From: Candidatus Bathyarchaeia archaeon
Lineage (GTDB): Archaea; Thermoproteota; Bathyarchaeia; 40CM-2-53-6
DNA length: 64,000 nucleotides
Direction of reading: 5' to 3'
Assembly (NCBI GenBank): GCA_050013255.1
Contig: JBEKFP010000003.1
Span: forward strand, 64,001 to 128,000
Of this stretch, positions 1-10,345 are shown piece by piece. The notes beneath the pieces were generated by a model. The model ran no database searches. It was given only the letters and a program-made list of their open reading frames with translations, and had not been told where the DNA came from. Position 1 is the first letter of the stretch. Each line of letters starts with the position of its first letter. The position numbers and the translations under genes were made by a program.

Positions 1-808
1 CTTCTTCCCTGGCCGCCGAAATTTCCCGTAAGGCTTCAGCGTAATTAGTCATGTCAGTGATGATGACGAGTACATGCATGTCTAGTTTGAATGCGAAGAA
101 CTCTGCCGCGGTTAAGGCCATGCGTGGGGTGAGAATTCTTTCTATCGCTGGGTCGTCGGCTAGGTTGACGAACATTGTAACGTGTTCGAAGGCGCCTTGC
201 TTTTCGAAGTCTTCCCTGAAGAATCTTGCTTCATCTGCAGTGATCCCGATTGCCGCGAATACGGTTGAGAACGGTTCGCCTGTCCCCCGAACGCTTGCTT
301 GCCGTGCGACCTGAGCAGCAACGCGATTGTGGGGGAGCCCCGCGCCAGAGAACAATGGGAGTTTCTGTCCCCTAACGAGAGTATTCATTCCATCTATAGC
401 CGAAATACCGGTCTGAATGAACTCCCGGGGGTAGGTCCTTGCGTAAGGGTTAATGGGCGAACCGTGGACGTCCCAGTAATCCTCTGGAATAATCCGAGGG
501 CCGCCATCTATCGGGTTACCGCTTCCGTCAAGAATTCTGCCTAACAGGTCGCTTGATACGGGCAGCTTGACGGTTTCACCTAGGAATCGGACGCTTGTGG
601 AAGGGATGTCGAGGCCAGATGTTCCCTCGAAGACTTGCACAACTGCTAGGTCACGGCGAACTTCGAGAACTTGGCCGCGTCTTTCTTCGCCTGTGGGTGT
701 GCGAATTCTAACTAGTTCGCCGTACCCAACGCCCTTGACGTTTTTGACGAAGAGAAGTGGGCCTGAAATTTCATTAACCGTTGAATATTCGCGAACGATA
801 ACGGACAT
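1..808 (-). CDS. atpB: A/V-type ATP synthase subunit B (partial, runs off left edge)
   Basis: Not in ORF track. ATG at 808 reads [50 protein letters not shown]; directly downstream of atpA. Confidence 0.95.
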   Translation of the reverse strand, partial: MSVIVREYSTVNEISGPLLFVKNVKGVGYGELVRIRTPTGEERRGQVLEVRRDLAVVQVFEGTSGLDIPSTSVRFLGETVKLPVSSDLLGRILDGSGNPIDGGPRIIPEDYWDVHGSPINPYARTYPREFIQTGISAIDGMNTLVRGQKLPLFSGAGLPHNRVAAQVARQASVRGTGEPFSTVFAAIGITADEARFFREDFEKQGAFEHVTMFVNLADDPAIERILTPRMALTAAEFFAFKLDMHVLVIITDMTNYAEALREISAAREE

Positions 809-817
809 TTTCTCGCC

Positions 818-2608
818 TCATTTTGCGGCTTCAAGAAGTTCGCTGCTTAGTTTCTCGAATTCGTGGCCCATCCTGGCCGTAAGTTCTTTGGCGAAGACGT
901 CAAAGGTTTGGGATGGTTGAATCTTGGCTCTTGCAATTTCATCTTTGACTGGGATTTCAAGGGTTCTTTGAAGTGGAACGCCCTTTTCCGTGGATTCCTT
1001 CATCTTCTCATAGAACTTCAAGATGAGAGACATTAAGCTGAAGGTCTTTTCGGGAGAGCAGTAGCTGTCGACTGGGTGCAGGGCGCTCTGAATGAGGAAA
1101 TCTTCCTTAATCATACGGGCCGCCTCCAGGACTACTCGTTGGCTCTCAGAGAGCGCGTCAGGCCCGACGAGCATCACGATTTCTCGAAGTTCCTCATCTC
1201 GCTGAAGCAGTGCCATGCCATCCTTTCGAAGATTGGACCATTCCGGACTAATTTCTGTCCGGTACCAGTTTTCTAGTGAATCCAAGTAAAGGGAGTAGCT
1301 GGTCAACCAGTCAATCGCGGGGAAGTGTCTTCGCTCGGCTAATGGTTTGCTTAACGCCCAGAATACCTTCACGATCCTAAGCGTATTCTGAGTGACTGGT
1401 TCTGAAAAGTCACCTCCCGACGGGGATACCGCGCCTACGAGAGAGACTGAACCAAGCTTGTTCGAGTCGCTACCGATCACTTTGACCCTGCCGGCCCTCT
1501 CGTAGATTTGAGCTAATCTGGACGCCAAGTAGGCAGGATAGCCTTCCTCGCCAGGCATTTCCTCCAGGCGGCCGGAGACTTCTCGTAAAGCCTCAGCCCA
1601 TCGTGAAGTAGAATCAGCCATCAATGCCACATTGTAGCCCATGTCTCTGAAGTATTCTGCCAGTGTCACGCCCGTGTACATACTCGCCTCGCGGGCGGCG
1701 ATGGGCATGTTTGATGTGTTCGCCACTAGGATTGTCCGTTCCATCAAAGGTTGGCCGGAACGCGGGTCCTTGAGCTCTGGAAATGTTTCCAGAACTTCGG
1801 TCATCTCATTTCCACGTTCACCGCAGCCGACGTAAACGATCACATCAGCATCGGCCCACTTGGCCAGCTGGTGTTGCGTTATCGTTTTCCCGGTCCCGAA
1901 ATCTCCGGGAATCGCGGCTGTACCACCTTTTGCGATTGGAAAGAAGAAGTCGATAATTCGTTGGCCAGTTATGAGGGGTGTGTCGGAGGGAACCTTTTCG
2001 CGGTTGGGACGTGGGATGCGGACTGGCCACGAATGCATCAAGTACAGCTTGATTACACCATGGCTTGTTTCAACTTCAGCAATCGGATCTTCAACGGTGT
2101 AAGATCCTTTCGAGACAATTGACTTGAGGGTCCCGTTCACGTCTGGGGGAACCAAAATCCTATGCTTCACCAGAACAGTTTCGGGAACTTCACCAAGGAC
2201 ATCTCCGCCGGTAGCTTTGTCTCCCTTTTTCATAGCCGGAGTAAATTCCCATTTCTTCTTTCGATCAAGTGCTGGGGCTGTTATGCCTCTTCGAATGAAA
2301 GGCCCTCCCTTTTCGAGGAGAAAAGGCAAGGGTCTTTGTGTTCCGTCGAAAAACTGATTCACCAATCCAGGCCCGAGTTCAACTGAAAGGGGTTTGCCTG
2401 TTCGCTCTACGATTTCGCCCGGTTTAATTCCCGTAGTCTCTTCATAGACTTGGATTGTGGCGGTGTCGGCTTCGACCCGGATAATTTCACCAATAAGTCC
2501 TGAGCCGCCCACTTTGACAAGCTCGTACATGCGGGACCCAAGCATGCTTGATGCTACGACGACTGGTCCGGCAACCCGTTCAATTTTCCCGGGTTTGAAG
2601 CCTGACAA
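818..2608 (-). CDS. atpA: A/V-type ATP synthase subunit A
   Basis: Walker A GDFGTGKT, GCGERGNEM, EEMPGEEGYPAYL; 596 aa, no intein. Confidence 0.97.
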   Translation of the reverse strand: MSGFKPGKIERVAGPVVVASSMLGSRMYELVKVGGSGLIGEIIRVEADTATIQVYEETTGIKPGEIVERTGKPLSVELGPGLVNQFFDGTQRPLPFLLEKGGPFIRRGITAPALDRKKKWEFTPAMKKGDKATGGDVLGEVPETVLVKHRILVPPDVNGTLKSIVSKGSYTVEDPIAEVETSHGVIKLYLMHSWPVRIPRPNREKVPSDTPLITGQRIIDFFFPIAKGGTAAIPGDFGTGKTITQHQLAKWADADVIVYVGCGERGNEMTEVLETFPELKDPRSGQPLMERTILVANTSNMPIAAREASMYTGVTLAEYFRDMGYNVALMADSTSRWAEALREVSGRLEEMPGEEGYPAYLASRLAQIYERAGRVKVIGSDSNKLGSVSLVGAVSPSGGDFSEPVTQNTLRIVKVFWALSKPLAERRHFPAIDWLTSYSLYLDSLENWYRTEISPEWSNLRKDGMALLQRDEELREIVMLVGPDALSESQRVVLEAARMIKEDFLIQSALHPVDSYCSPEKTFSLMSLILKFYEKMKESTEKGVPLQRTLEIPVKDEIARAKIQPSQTFDVFAKELTARMGHEFEKLSSELLEAAK

Positions 2609-2683
2609 ATTAGTTTCCTCTAACTGAGAGCCGCTGTCATATTGAAGGTTCGTACTTATTGCTTTCGTTACAAGTACGTCGGA

Positions 2684-3703
2684 CTAGTCCGGTGAGCTGA
2701 TTAGGTGTTTTCCCTCTTCCATTATCTGCTTGTCGTCAATCCAGATACTGCACTTCAGCATTATGCCGTCAACATGCGTCTTCGCACTCCAATCGGCACC
2801 TGTCTCTTCAGCGTAGGGGTCGCCGAACGCACAATGAACTGAAGGGAATTTTTCATCTTGTAGCAAATTCCCGGTCAGCCGTTCCAGGAATGTGTTTGTA
2901 CCAATTGCGAATTCTCCTAGTCGTGTCCCGTTGGGATCCTCGCTAAGATATCCTTGAAATTCGAGACGTAGTTGCTCGTTTGCGCATGTGATTGAGCCGA
3001 GGTCAACACGCGAATCTTTCACATGCAGTGTTACAGGGGTTTTTGAGAGGACACCATACTTCGGGCTGAACCAGTCTCCGAGTTCATCGATCACCATCTT
3101 GCCATTTGCTTTGTAGGCTGCGGTGAATATCTCACCGTCCGGAAGGTTCCCCCACATACCCTTTTCAGGGTAAAGCCCGTCGGACACTTTCCATCTCCAT
3201 GAGGGATGAAACTCGACGTTAAGTTCAGTTCCTGCCTTGTTAACGACCCTTGCCTTCTTACAACCCTTCACGACTTGATCTACTTTCTTTGTGAGCTCAG
3301 AGATCTTTCTGTAGTCAGCACACATTCCAGTTTCCATGAGTTCCCTTGTAATCCCGGGCATGTGTGCGTGCCTAGCGTACTTTATCGCTGTCCGGATGAA
3401 AGGCCCTCTAACTGAAAGCTCTCCCTTTTGACTAGCCGCCGCATAGAACGTAACATCTGCCCATGGAACTAGGTCAAGTATGGGTTTCGGTAATTTCTTC
3501 GCAGGGCGCTCTGTATAGTCTTCGAGGATCAGCAGTTTTACGTTCCCTTTTGATCTCTTGTCGGCAGCCTTGGAAATGGCATCGCCAACCTCGAACGTAG
3601 CACGGTCTGTCAAAATCAATACGTGTTCCCCATTCTTTACGGCCATACAGGCGTCTACAGCGTTTTTCGCGCCTTCTGCTAAGGTTCCCATTGCTTGTAT
3701 CAC
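2684..3703 (-). CDS. Aminopeptidase, M29 (aminopeptidase T-like) family
   Basis: GNLPDGEIF, LGEFAIGTN, DEK, HCAFG, HVDG motifs. Confidence 0.85.
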   Translation of the reverse strand: MIQAMGTLAEGAKNAVDACMAVKNGEHVLILTDRATFEVGDAISKAADKRSKGNVKLLILEDYTERPAKKLPKPILDLVPWADVTFYAAASQKGELSVRGPFIRTAIKYARHAHMPGITRELMETGMCADYRKISELTKKVDQVVKGCKKARVVNKAGTELNVEFHPSWRWKVSDGLYPEKGMWGNLPDGEIFTAAYKANGKMVIDELGDWFSPKYGVLSKTPVTLHVKDSRVDLGSITCANEQLRLEFQGYLSEDPNGTRLGEFAIGTNTFLERLTGNLLQDEKFPSVHCAFGDPYAEETGADWSAKTHVDGIMLKCSIWIDDKQIMEEGKHLISSPD

Positions 3704-4446
3704 TTCGAACTCTTTGACGTGTTAATTCTCATTCGAGTTATGACAATGATAAAGAACCCTTCTGCGATTAATACGATGCCGAATATTGCCAGATTTAGTG
3801 GGAGCACATAGGTTACTACTAGTCTGGGGTAGTAGTTTTCACTCGGAACTTGGTCATGCGTGAAGAATTGGGTGGTATAGAGGCTGGTTGCATATTCTTG
3901 TGTGTCTTTCACCACGAGCCCATAGTTACTCACGCCTGATTGCCAGTCTCTCATTATGTTGGTTATGTCCCAATTCACCCATAGCAAAGGCCCGTACCAG
4001 CCACCTTGGCCTGGCGGAACTGCAGCTATGGCGTGATGTTCTTCGGTGAAGTTGGGTTGATTAACCCAGTTAACCCCCGTTTCACTCCAAGGCTGTTTGA
4101 GGCGGTAAACTCCGTATATTCTGCCCGTTGAATCTTCAGTGCCCAAAGCTGGGTCGCCTTTGGACCACAACCGTAGGCGAAACTCGGCTGAAACAACCCA
4201 AGCCTCTGATGGAATCGAGCTCACATCGAATTCTATCCAACCTCTCATGTTGTATGGCGGCTTGTTGTAAGAGGTGATTTCAAAATTATCAGAGTGGCCG
4301 TTATTGGCCTTTGGAACTGATTGCCAACTATAACTATCCTTATCCGGATAGATTGTTGTGGTCTTGACCGATGTCATCCAAAAGATCCCAGCCGTGGAAA
4401 CGGCGAGAATGAGGATTAGTAGGAGGCTGCGTTTCATTGAAGGCAA
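3700..4446 (-). CDS. Secreted/membrane-anchored DNRLRE-type domain protein
   Basis: Signal peptide, DSY...N, FDVSSIP, WSETGVNWVNQP, WDIT..W....NYGL, PRLVVTY, C-terminal TM; 4-nt overlap with the aminopeptidase. Confidence 0.7.
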   Translation of the reverse strand: MPSMKRSLLLILILAVSTAGIFWMTSVKTTTIYPDKDSYSWQSVPKANNGHSDNFEITSYNKPPYNMRGWIEFDVSSIPSEAWVVSAEFRLRLWSKGDPALGTEDSTGRIYGVYRLKQPWSETGVNWVNQPNFTEEHHAIAAVPPGQGGWYGPLLWVNWDITNIMRDWQSGVSNYGLVVKDTQEYATSLYTTQFFTHDQVPSENYYPRLVVTYVLPLNLAIFGIVLIAEGFFIIVITRMRINTSKSSK

Positions 4447-4535
4447 CCTATTGGGTAAGCGAAGAACAAATGGTCAAAGCCATAACTCTTGTTGTTACCA
4501 GGTAACTTGAGGAGGCGAAAACCATCTTAAGATTC

Positions 4536-5117
4536 GTGCTTAGCTTGGCGAGAATGAAGTCGATTCCAAGAAGCGGGTGGATTACCCACGGAGTATCACT
4601 GCAGGATGTTGAATCAGTTGCAGATCATTCATTTTCAACTTGTTCGCTCGCGCTCCTCATCTCAGATCTCGAAGCGCAGCGAGGAGAACATGTGAACATA
4701 GAGCGCGTATTGCGATTAGCCCTCCTGCACGATTTGTCCGAATCCTTAACCTTCGATATTAGCAAGGCGTACTTAGAATACTTAGGTCCGAGGGGTGCGG
4801 CGATCAAAAGGGATCTGGAGCACTCAGCTTGGAAATACATAGTCGACGGTTTGCACAATCCGAAGCTCCATCGAAGCTATTCGGCCCTTCAGAAGGAATT
4901 CGACGCGGAAAAAACCTTTGAATCTAGAATTGTCCGCGCCGCCGACAGGTTGGACATACTCCTACAGGTAATTGAATACCGCCGAAGAGGCTACCCAGAA
5001 TACATGTTAGCAGACCTTTGGAGCGGAACGATCAAGAAGCTCCGTTCCTGTAGGATCCAGTCAGCCCTAAAGATTCAAAGGATCCTAATCCACGAAGCCA
5101 GAAAGAAGCGGACTTGA
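4536..5117 (+). CDS. HD-domain hydrolase (YfbR/HDDC2-like 5'-deoxynucleotidase)
   Basis: PRSGW, ESVADHS, LLHDLSE, ADRLD; true start may lie about 10 codons upstream. Confidence 0.85.
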   Translation: MLSLARMKSIPRSGWITHGVSLQDVESVADHSFSTCSLALLISDLEAQRGEHVNIERVLRLALLHDLSESLTFDISKAYLEYLGPRGAAIKRDLEHSAWKYIVDGLHNPKLHRSYSALQKEFDAEKTFESRIVRAADRLDILLQVIEYRRRGYPEYMLADLWSGTIKKLRSCRIQSALKIQRILIHEARKKRT

Positions 5118-5130
5118 AAATACCAAGGTC

Positions 5131-5562
5131 TCAAATGATGTGAATGTAGCTAATAGGTAGCTGCAGCACGCCTACTCCGTTCTCATATATCCAAATGCCA
5201 AACTCCCCAGAACTTGGTTCTGCAACTAGGGACAACGCGTAGGGGGAGAACTGGTAGAAGCCCATGTGAGTTTGGAGGTCCGTCTGTGAGAGGAAGAGGC
5301 CGTGACCCGGATGGGAATGGTACCATCCCACAATGCGTCCCTCTATTTTTCCTTCAACGATATCGTTTGCGACCTGTGCAAGGCGCTGGGCCGGAAAAAC
5401 GCAGGAAACCTCATTTGTTTCGTTCCCTCCGGCTATGATGTCATTGACCCAAAGCGATTCGTCCTCTAAGGCCCCCATTAGCAGGCCTATTCGCTCAAAG
5501 GGCCGGTTCACGTCCCGTGCAATTCGCTCAATTACACGGTTCGTTATGAATACCTTAAACAA
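5131..5562 (-). CDS. JAB1/MPN/Mov34 (JAMM) metalloprotease
   Basis: E-x-x-GLL...GWYHSHPGHGLFLSQTD; intact JAMM motif. Confidence 0.88.
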   Translation of the reverse strand: MFKVFITNRVIERIARDVNRPFERIGLLMGALEDESLWVNDIIAGGNETNEVSCVFPAQRLAQVANDIVEGKIEGRIVGWYHSHPGHGLFLSQTDLQTHMGFYQFSPYALSLVAEPSSGEFGIWIYENGVGVLQLPISYIHII

Positions 5563-5798
5563 CTTCGGTCACGGAACTAGGGGCAACCTCGCCGGCGTCA
5601 AGATAAGATTTCAACCCTAAACTCCAAAGAATGCAGCCTCCCACGAAGGCTTATTCACCATGAATCTGTCCATTAAAGACGGGACGGCAGAGTGCACCTG
5701 AACTCTGTTCTAAACTGTGAACGGCCTGTTCAAAAGCGCGGGATTAATGCGAGGGTGCTCATCATGCAGCTGAGTTAGACAAGCAGGAGGTGCAATGC

Positions 5799-6533
5799 AT
5801 GAGTGAAATTGCGAGTAGAAGGCTCTTCTATCTAGCTGCTATCGCCATGGTGGCGATTGTGCTCATTAGTGCTATAGCCCTGATTAAACCCACAACTACC
5901 CTTCAAACCCCCGGTCAGAACGCGAATCCAAAGACTATCCAAGTTACAGGTACAGCGATCGTAAATGCAGCCCCCGATAAGGCGATCTTGGTATTGGCCG
6001 TCCAGACACAAGCCGCTAGCGCAACACAGGCTGCTGCTGACAACGCGGCAACCATGACAAATGTTCTTGCCGCGCTGAGCAATTTGGGAATAGACAAGAG
6101 CTCGATTGAAACTGCGTTTTACACTTTATCGCCGGTCTACGATCAAACGACGCCCTCCAAGTTAATTGGATACTCCGTGCGGAACGCGATTCAAGTGACC
6201 TTGAAGGACTTTAGCTTGGTCGGCAAGGCGCTGGACGCGGCGGTCACGGCCGGGGTAAACGAAGTACAGGGAATCACATTCACCCTTTCGGACACCGCCC
6301 TAGCGACTCTTCAGAAACAGGCACTAGGCCAGGCGCTCCAGGATGCAAATGCTCAAGCGCGTGCAGCCGCTTCGAATCTAGGAGTCAGCATTGTCGGTCC
6401 AATATCGGTGTCGCCCGGATACGTTTTCCAACCAACCTACCGAACCTACAGTGCAGCTGCGGAACCAACTCCAATACAACCCGGTACGTTACAGGTAACA
6501 GTCACAGTGCAAGTAACTTACCAGTTCGCGTAG
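5799..6533 (+). CDS. SIMPL (DUF541) domain protein
   Basis: N-terminal TM, IQVTGTA...APD.A, GY...N, LDAAV.AGVN, PIQPG..V.VTY. Confidence 0.85.
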   Translation: MSEIASRRLFYLAAIAMVAIVLISAIALIKPTTTLQTPGQNANPKTIQVTGTAIVNAAPDKAILVLAVQTQAASATQAAADNAATMTNVLAALSNLGIDKSSIETAFYTLSPVYDQTTPSKLIGYSVRNAIQVTLKDFSLVGKALDAAVTAGVNEVQGITFTLSDTALATLQKQALGQALQDANAQARAAASNLGVSIVGPISVSPGYVFQPTYRTYSAAAEPTPIQPGTLQVTVTVQVTYQFA

Positions 6534-6540
6534 ACTTAGA

Positions 6541-7173
6541 CTAGAGGCCCAGGAAACGTGGCGTGACGTACGATTCGAAGTAGGCGGCGATGGCGAACAG
6601 ACCTACTGACAACAATGAGAGCAATAGCGTGTCGCTAACTCCCTCCTTTAGAAGCGGCCGGTCGACGTTACGGCCGCTTAACTTTTCGTATAACGCCCGC
6701 GTAGTCGTAATGTGCCACCGTGCAAGTCCAGCAAACTCCAGTATGAACGCCGGGATCTCGAAGACCCCGTGAGGCGTCAAACCAGCAATCGTGTACATTG
6801 CACCCTTCGTGAGATCCGCAAAAGAGATAACCGCACCTATCACGACAGCATTTAGAAGCAGTTCATAACCCAAACTAAAGGCGCCAATGAAAGGAGCCCA
6901 AACCCATATTCTGAGAGGATTCCAGAAGTGTCCGATGTTGCTCAGGAAAATCAAAACGTAAAGGCCCTTCGTATAAGGTGGGGGTATTGCAACATAAGTC
7001 CTAGTCGAGCCGACTAGATTTTCGAAGCTTTTCATCAGTTCAGGAGATGTCAAGAGAACGGCGTATGCAATTACCGCCGTCAGAATGATTATCGCGAAGA
7101 ACGTTATCGCGACTACTGAGATCAGAAGCTTGTTTCGAACGAGGGCCCCGCGTATGGCTGCGGTAATTGGCAT
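6541..7173 (-). CDS. Stage II sporulation protein M (DUF95)-like membrane protein
   Basis: IF..N, PHGVFEIPAF, AA.FESYVTP; likely start is the ATG at 7173 just after the upstream stop. Confidence 0.75.
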   Translation of the reverse strand: MPITAAIRGALVRNKLLISVVAITFFAIIILTAVIAYAVLLTSPELMKSFENLVGSTRTYVAIPPPYTKGLYVLIFLSNIGHFWNPLRIWVWAPFIGAFSLGYELLLNAVVIGAVISFADLTKGAMYTIAGLTPHGVFEIPAFILEFAGLARWHITTTRALYEKLSGRNVDRPLLKEGVSDTLLLSLLSVGLFAIAAYFESYVTPRFLGL

Positions 7174-7181
7174 TGAAGGCA

Positions 7182-8042
7182 CTAGCTCGCTTGCTGCGTC
7201 CTGCAGTGAGGGCAGAACTTCGCGCTTTCCGGTACAGCCCCGCCGCAAGTTACACATTTTCTAGTTGGTGACTGGGGCTTCAGAAGGGCAAGAATCTGGT
7301 CTTCATATTGTGCTTGGTCTTGGAAATGTTGATTGTAATCTTTCAACAATGTGTAGAACCAATATGTCCAGAAAAGCCCCCCTGTTATCGCGGTCAGTAT
7401 AATGAAAAGTAACGGGTCTCTCTTGTGAGGCCTAGACGGAGGAAGAGTTGGAGGTACGATGCCTGCCTCGTTTAGGGCTCCGAGTATGGTTGTTTGGTAG
7501 TTGGCCTGAAGTTCCTCGTGTCCGCGCAAGTCCTGGGTAAGGTTGAAGGCCACAATCAGGCCGACAATTGGTGTCACAAACAGGTACAGTACAGACCAAA
7601 GACCTGCTGGCCGATCGCGTTCTTCTAATATTGATTCCTCTGACGATTGCCAGAGGCGGAAGGCATTTTCGTTCCCGGGTACCCCTGTTTTCGAAGTTAA
7701 GTATTTTTGAAGAGTCGAAAAGAGCCGTTGCTGTCTCCTGAAATGGCCGTTTCTTCTTTCAATCATGTAGTAGATAGCGAAAGCTCCAAACGCGAGTATG
7801 ATGTAAAATGATACAATTGCGAAACCGTATATCGCAAGAATCTCGCCCGCTGCGGGAATGGCACTTTCAGGCTGCTGAAGGCTGCCAATTCTCGAGACCA
7901 CCGAGACAAGGATTCCGATCAATGAAACTGCGAGGCCAATTCCGACTAAAATCGGTAGTAAGGGCACAACCATCCATATGTAGCCCATCCTTCGATCGGT
8001 CGAAGAACGCCTCCGTATCAGTTCTTCTACCTGTTGAATCAG
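7182..8042 (-). CDS. DUF4234-like membrane protein with C-terminal zinc ribbon
   Basis: LTAITGGLFWTYWFY, CVTCG...FCPHC; frame stays open upstream of the ATG (7988) to a CTG at 8042. Confidence 0.65.
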   Translation of the reverse strand: MIQQVEELIRRRSSTDRRMGYIWMVVPLLPILVGIGLAVSLIGILVSVVSRIGSLQQPESAIPAAGEILAIYGFAIVSFYIILAFGAFAIYYMIERRNGHFRRQQRLFSTLQKYLTSKTGVPGNENAFRLWQSSEESILEERDRPAGLWSVLYLFVTPIVGLIVAFNLTQDLRGHEELQANYQTTILGALNEAGIVPPTLPPSRPHKRDPLLFIILTAITGGLFWTYWFYTLLKDYNQHFQDQAQYEDQILALLKPQSPTRKCVTCGGAVPESAKFCPHCRTQQAS

Positions 8043-8130
8043 TAATTGGGGCTGGATTGACGTCTTTATACCCCCAACCTTGACCGTGATACCTCTAGGG
8101 ATAATCTCATAATGCTCATCGGTACTATTC

Positions 8131-8385
8131 TTGGTGGGGTTTAAGTCATTGCCGAAGGCTTTCGTCTTTATGAATATTGACGCTGGCTCAGAGAATGAGA
8201 TTCTAAAGGACCTACGTCAAGTTCCCGAGGTTAAGGAATCCTATTTCGTATACGGCGTCTACGACATAGTGGCAAAGATTGAAACAGATTCAATGGATCG
8301 CCTGAAAGAAGTCATCACCTGGAAAGTCCGCAGGCTGGACAAGATTCGATCCACCCTGACTACCATTGTCAGCGAAGGCAAATAG
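8131..8385 (+). CDS. Stand-alone Lrp/AsnC ligand-binding (RAM) domain protein
   Basis: AFVFMN, VYGVYDIVAKIE, RSTLT. Confidence 0.85.
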   Translation: MVGFKSLPKAFVFMNIDAGSENEILKDLRQVPEVKESYFVYGVYDIVAKIETDSMDRLKEVITWKVRRLDKIRSTLTTIVSEGK

Positions 8386-8431
8386 TACTCCTAGTTCCGC
8401 CTTGGACCGATTCTAGGCGGGGGGCTTAGAG

Positions 8432-9589
8432 TCAACGGTAGGGGAGGAACTCTTTGCCAAGCAATTCGCGGGCGACAACGATTTTGTTAATGTCCGTTGT
8501 TCCGTCCCCGATCATTGCCCCACGTATTTCTCTCAATCTGTATTCGTCCAGGCATTGAGTCGTGAAACCGATTGCGCCTCGATTTTGTAGGCAGTCGTTT
8601 ACGATTTCGAAGCATAGTTGCGGCACGTACCATTTGATCATGGCTGAGTACTTCGTTATCTTCTCACCCTTGTCCTTAGACCAAAGCGTCCTGTAACAGA
8701 GCAGCTTGGCGGCTTCAAGCTTTGTGTAACCTTCAACAATTCGGGATTGGACTGATTCATATTTCCCGATAGGTCGCCCGAAGGCTGTACGTTGCTTCAC
8801 GTACTCGATATTTTCGTCTATGGCCGCTTCGGTCATGCCAACGCACCATACTGCTATCAGCGATCGCATGAGGTCGAAAGTTTCCATCACGTAATAGAAT
8901 CCTTTGCCTTCCTCCCCAATCAAGTTGGCAACTGGAATCGCTACGTCCTTCAACACGAAACCTCCGAAGGAGAACAACTTCCACCCGAGTGCTTCAAGGT
9001 CATACCTTTCGATTCCCGGCCTGTTCATCTCAACGAAAAACATGCTAACGCCCTTTGCTCCACCCTCTGGGTCCGTCTTAGCGAGAACACAATAAGCTCC
9101 ACATTCGTTTATGCCAGTGATGCACTGTTTCTCACCATTCAGCACATAGTTATCCCCTTTCCGAATTGCACGCGTGGTAATGGAAGCAGCATCTGACCCC
9201 GCGGAGGGTTCCGTGTTCGCGATTCCAAGCATTCTTTCACCCTTCGCCATCGCTGGCAGCCACTCCCGTTTCAAGTTCTCCGGTCCATGCAACGACAAAA
9301 TCTCCCCCATGATATCGCCCAGCGGAATCTGCCATCCTGCACGAGCGAGTTCCTCCACGAGAATTCCCATAGTGACTGCGTCAGCTTCCTGCCCGCCATA
9401 CTGCTTGGGAAACCTCAAGCCCAAGAGGCCATTCTGGCCCATTTTACGGTAGAGTTCCCAAGGAAATTCGCCCTTTCGTTCCGCATCTCTAATTTTCGGT
9501 GCGACCTCCTTCTTGGCAAACTCTCGAACAGTTCTACGGAAAAGTTCCTGCTCTTCGCTAAAGTCAAAATCGAGAGGCATTTCGCTCAC
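8432..9589 (-). CDS. Acyl-CoA dehydrogenase (cyclohexanecarboxyl-CoA dehydrogenase AliB-like)
   Basis: TEPSAGSDA, LNGEK, R.AFGRPI, IGDGT (Asp variant of the catalytic motif). Confidence 0.85.
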   Translation of the reverse strand: MSEMPLDFDFSEEQELFRRTVREFAKKEVAPKIRDAERKGEFPWELYRKMGQNGLLGLRFPKQYGGQEADAVTMGILVEELARAGWQIPLGDIMGEILSLHGPENLKREWLPAMAKGERMLGIANTEPSAGSDAASITTRAIRKGDNYVLNGEKQCITGINECGAYCVLAKTDPEGGAKGVSMFFVEMNRPGIERYDLEALGWKLFSFGGFVLKDVAIPVANLIGEEGKGFYYVMETFDLMRSLIAVWCVGMTEAAIDENIEYVKQRTAFGRPIGKYESVQSRIVEGYTKLEAAKLLCYRTLWSKDKGEKITKYSAMIKWYVPQLCFEIVNDCLQNRGAIGFTTQCLDEYRLREIRGAMIGDGTTDINKIVVARELLGKEFLPYR

Positions 9590-9820
9590 GGTTTCAGTTC
9601 TGGTTTACCATGCGTTGGCCTCTTAAGGTTGACTAGCAAACGGGTGAGCTCAAAGAGATGGCCTTCAGACAGTGCGATGCCGTTCCCCTCGGTGGGGTCA
9701 ACCGTCCACTAACTTTTCAGCCAGTCTTGTTCTTGAATCACAAGGACTCGAAAGGTATCAACTGAATTGGTTAGTTACAGGGTAGATTTATAACGAAAGA
9801 GAACTTGTTGGCTCTCGCTC

Positions 9821-10228
9821 GTGCAAGAGGTCCGAATTTTGGACGAGCTTGAGCAAATACGCGAAAAGAAATTACGTGAGCTGATTGGGCAAATGTCAAC
9901 ACCGAACATAGACAAACCGATTGTTGTTAGTGACAGGAACTTTGACCAAACGGTCAAGAATTACCCTCTAATTGTAGTTGATTGCTGGGCGGCCTGGTGT
10001 GCTCCATGCCGCGCAATCGCACCCGTGGTGGAGGAGCTTGCGAAGGAGTACAGCGGGAAGGTCGTGTTCGGGAAGCTGAATGTTGACGACAACCCAGAGA
10101 CTGCTGAAAAGTTTAGCATTAGGGCGATACCCACACTGCTTGTGATGAAGAACGGCAGTGAAGCGGACCGCATAGTTGGCGTACTACCTAAGAACCAACT
10201 TGAAGCGCGGATAGGGGCAGTCGCTTAG
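9821..10228 (+). CDS. trxA: Thioredoxin
   Basis: WCAPC active site, KLNVD, AIPT. Confidence 0.92.
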   Translation: MQEVRILDELEQIREKKLRELIGQMSTPNIDKPIVVSDRNFDQTVKNYPLIVVDCWAAWCAPCRAIAPVVEELAKEYSGKVVFGKLNVDDNPETAEKFSIRAIPTLLVMKNGSEADRIVGVLPKNQLEARIGAVA

Positions 10229-10345
10229 AGTTAACTGAAAACAAACTCTCTTACAATTCGTTCCGCGCCAGGCTAATTTCCTAGCAGGTCACCCAAAGCG
10301 CATCTTAAGAGCGGCCGTTCAAAATGGTGTGTTAAGGTGCCTTAG

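Noticed and set aside
818-2608. Intein in AtpA
   Set aside because: Normal length; the sequence after the Walker A motif is continuous.
9627-9703. Hammerhead ribozyme or H/ACA guide RNA
   Set aside because: No CUGANGA plus GAAA core, and no ACA box after the basal stem.
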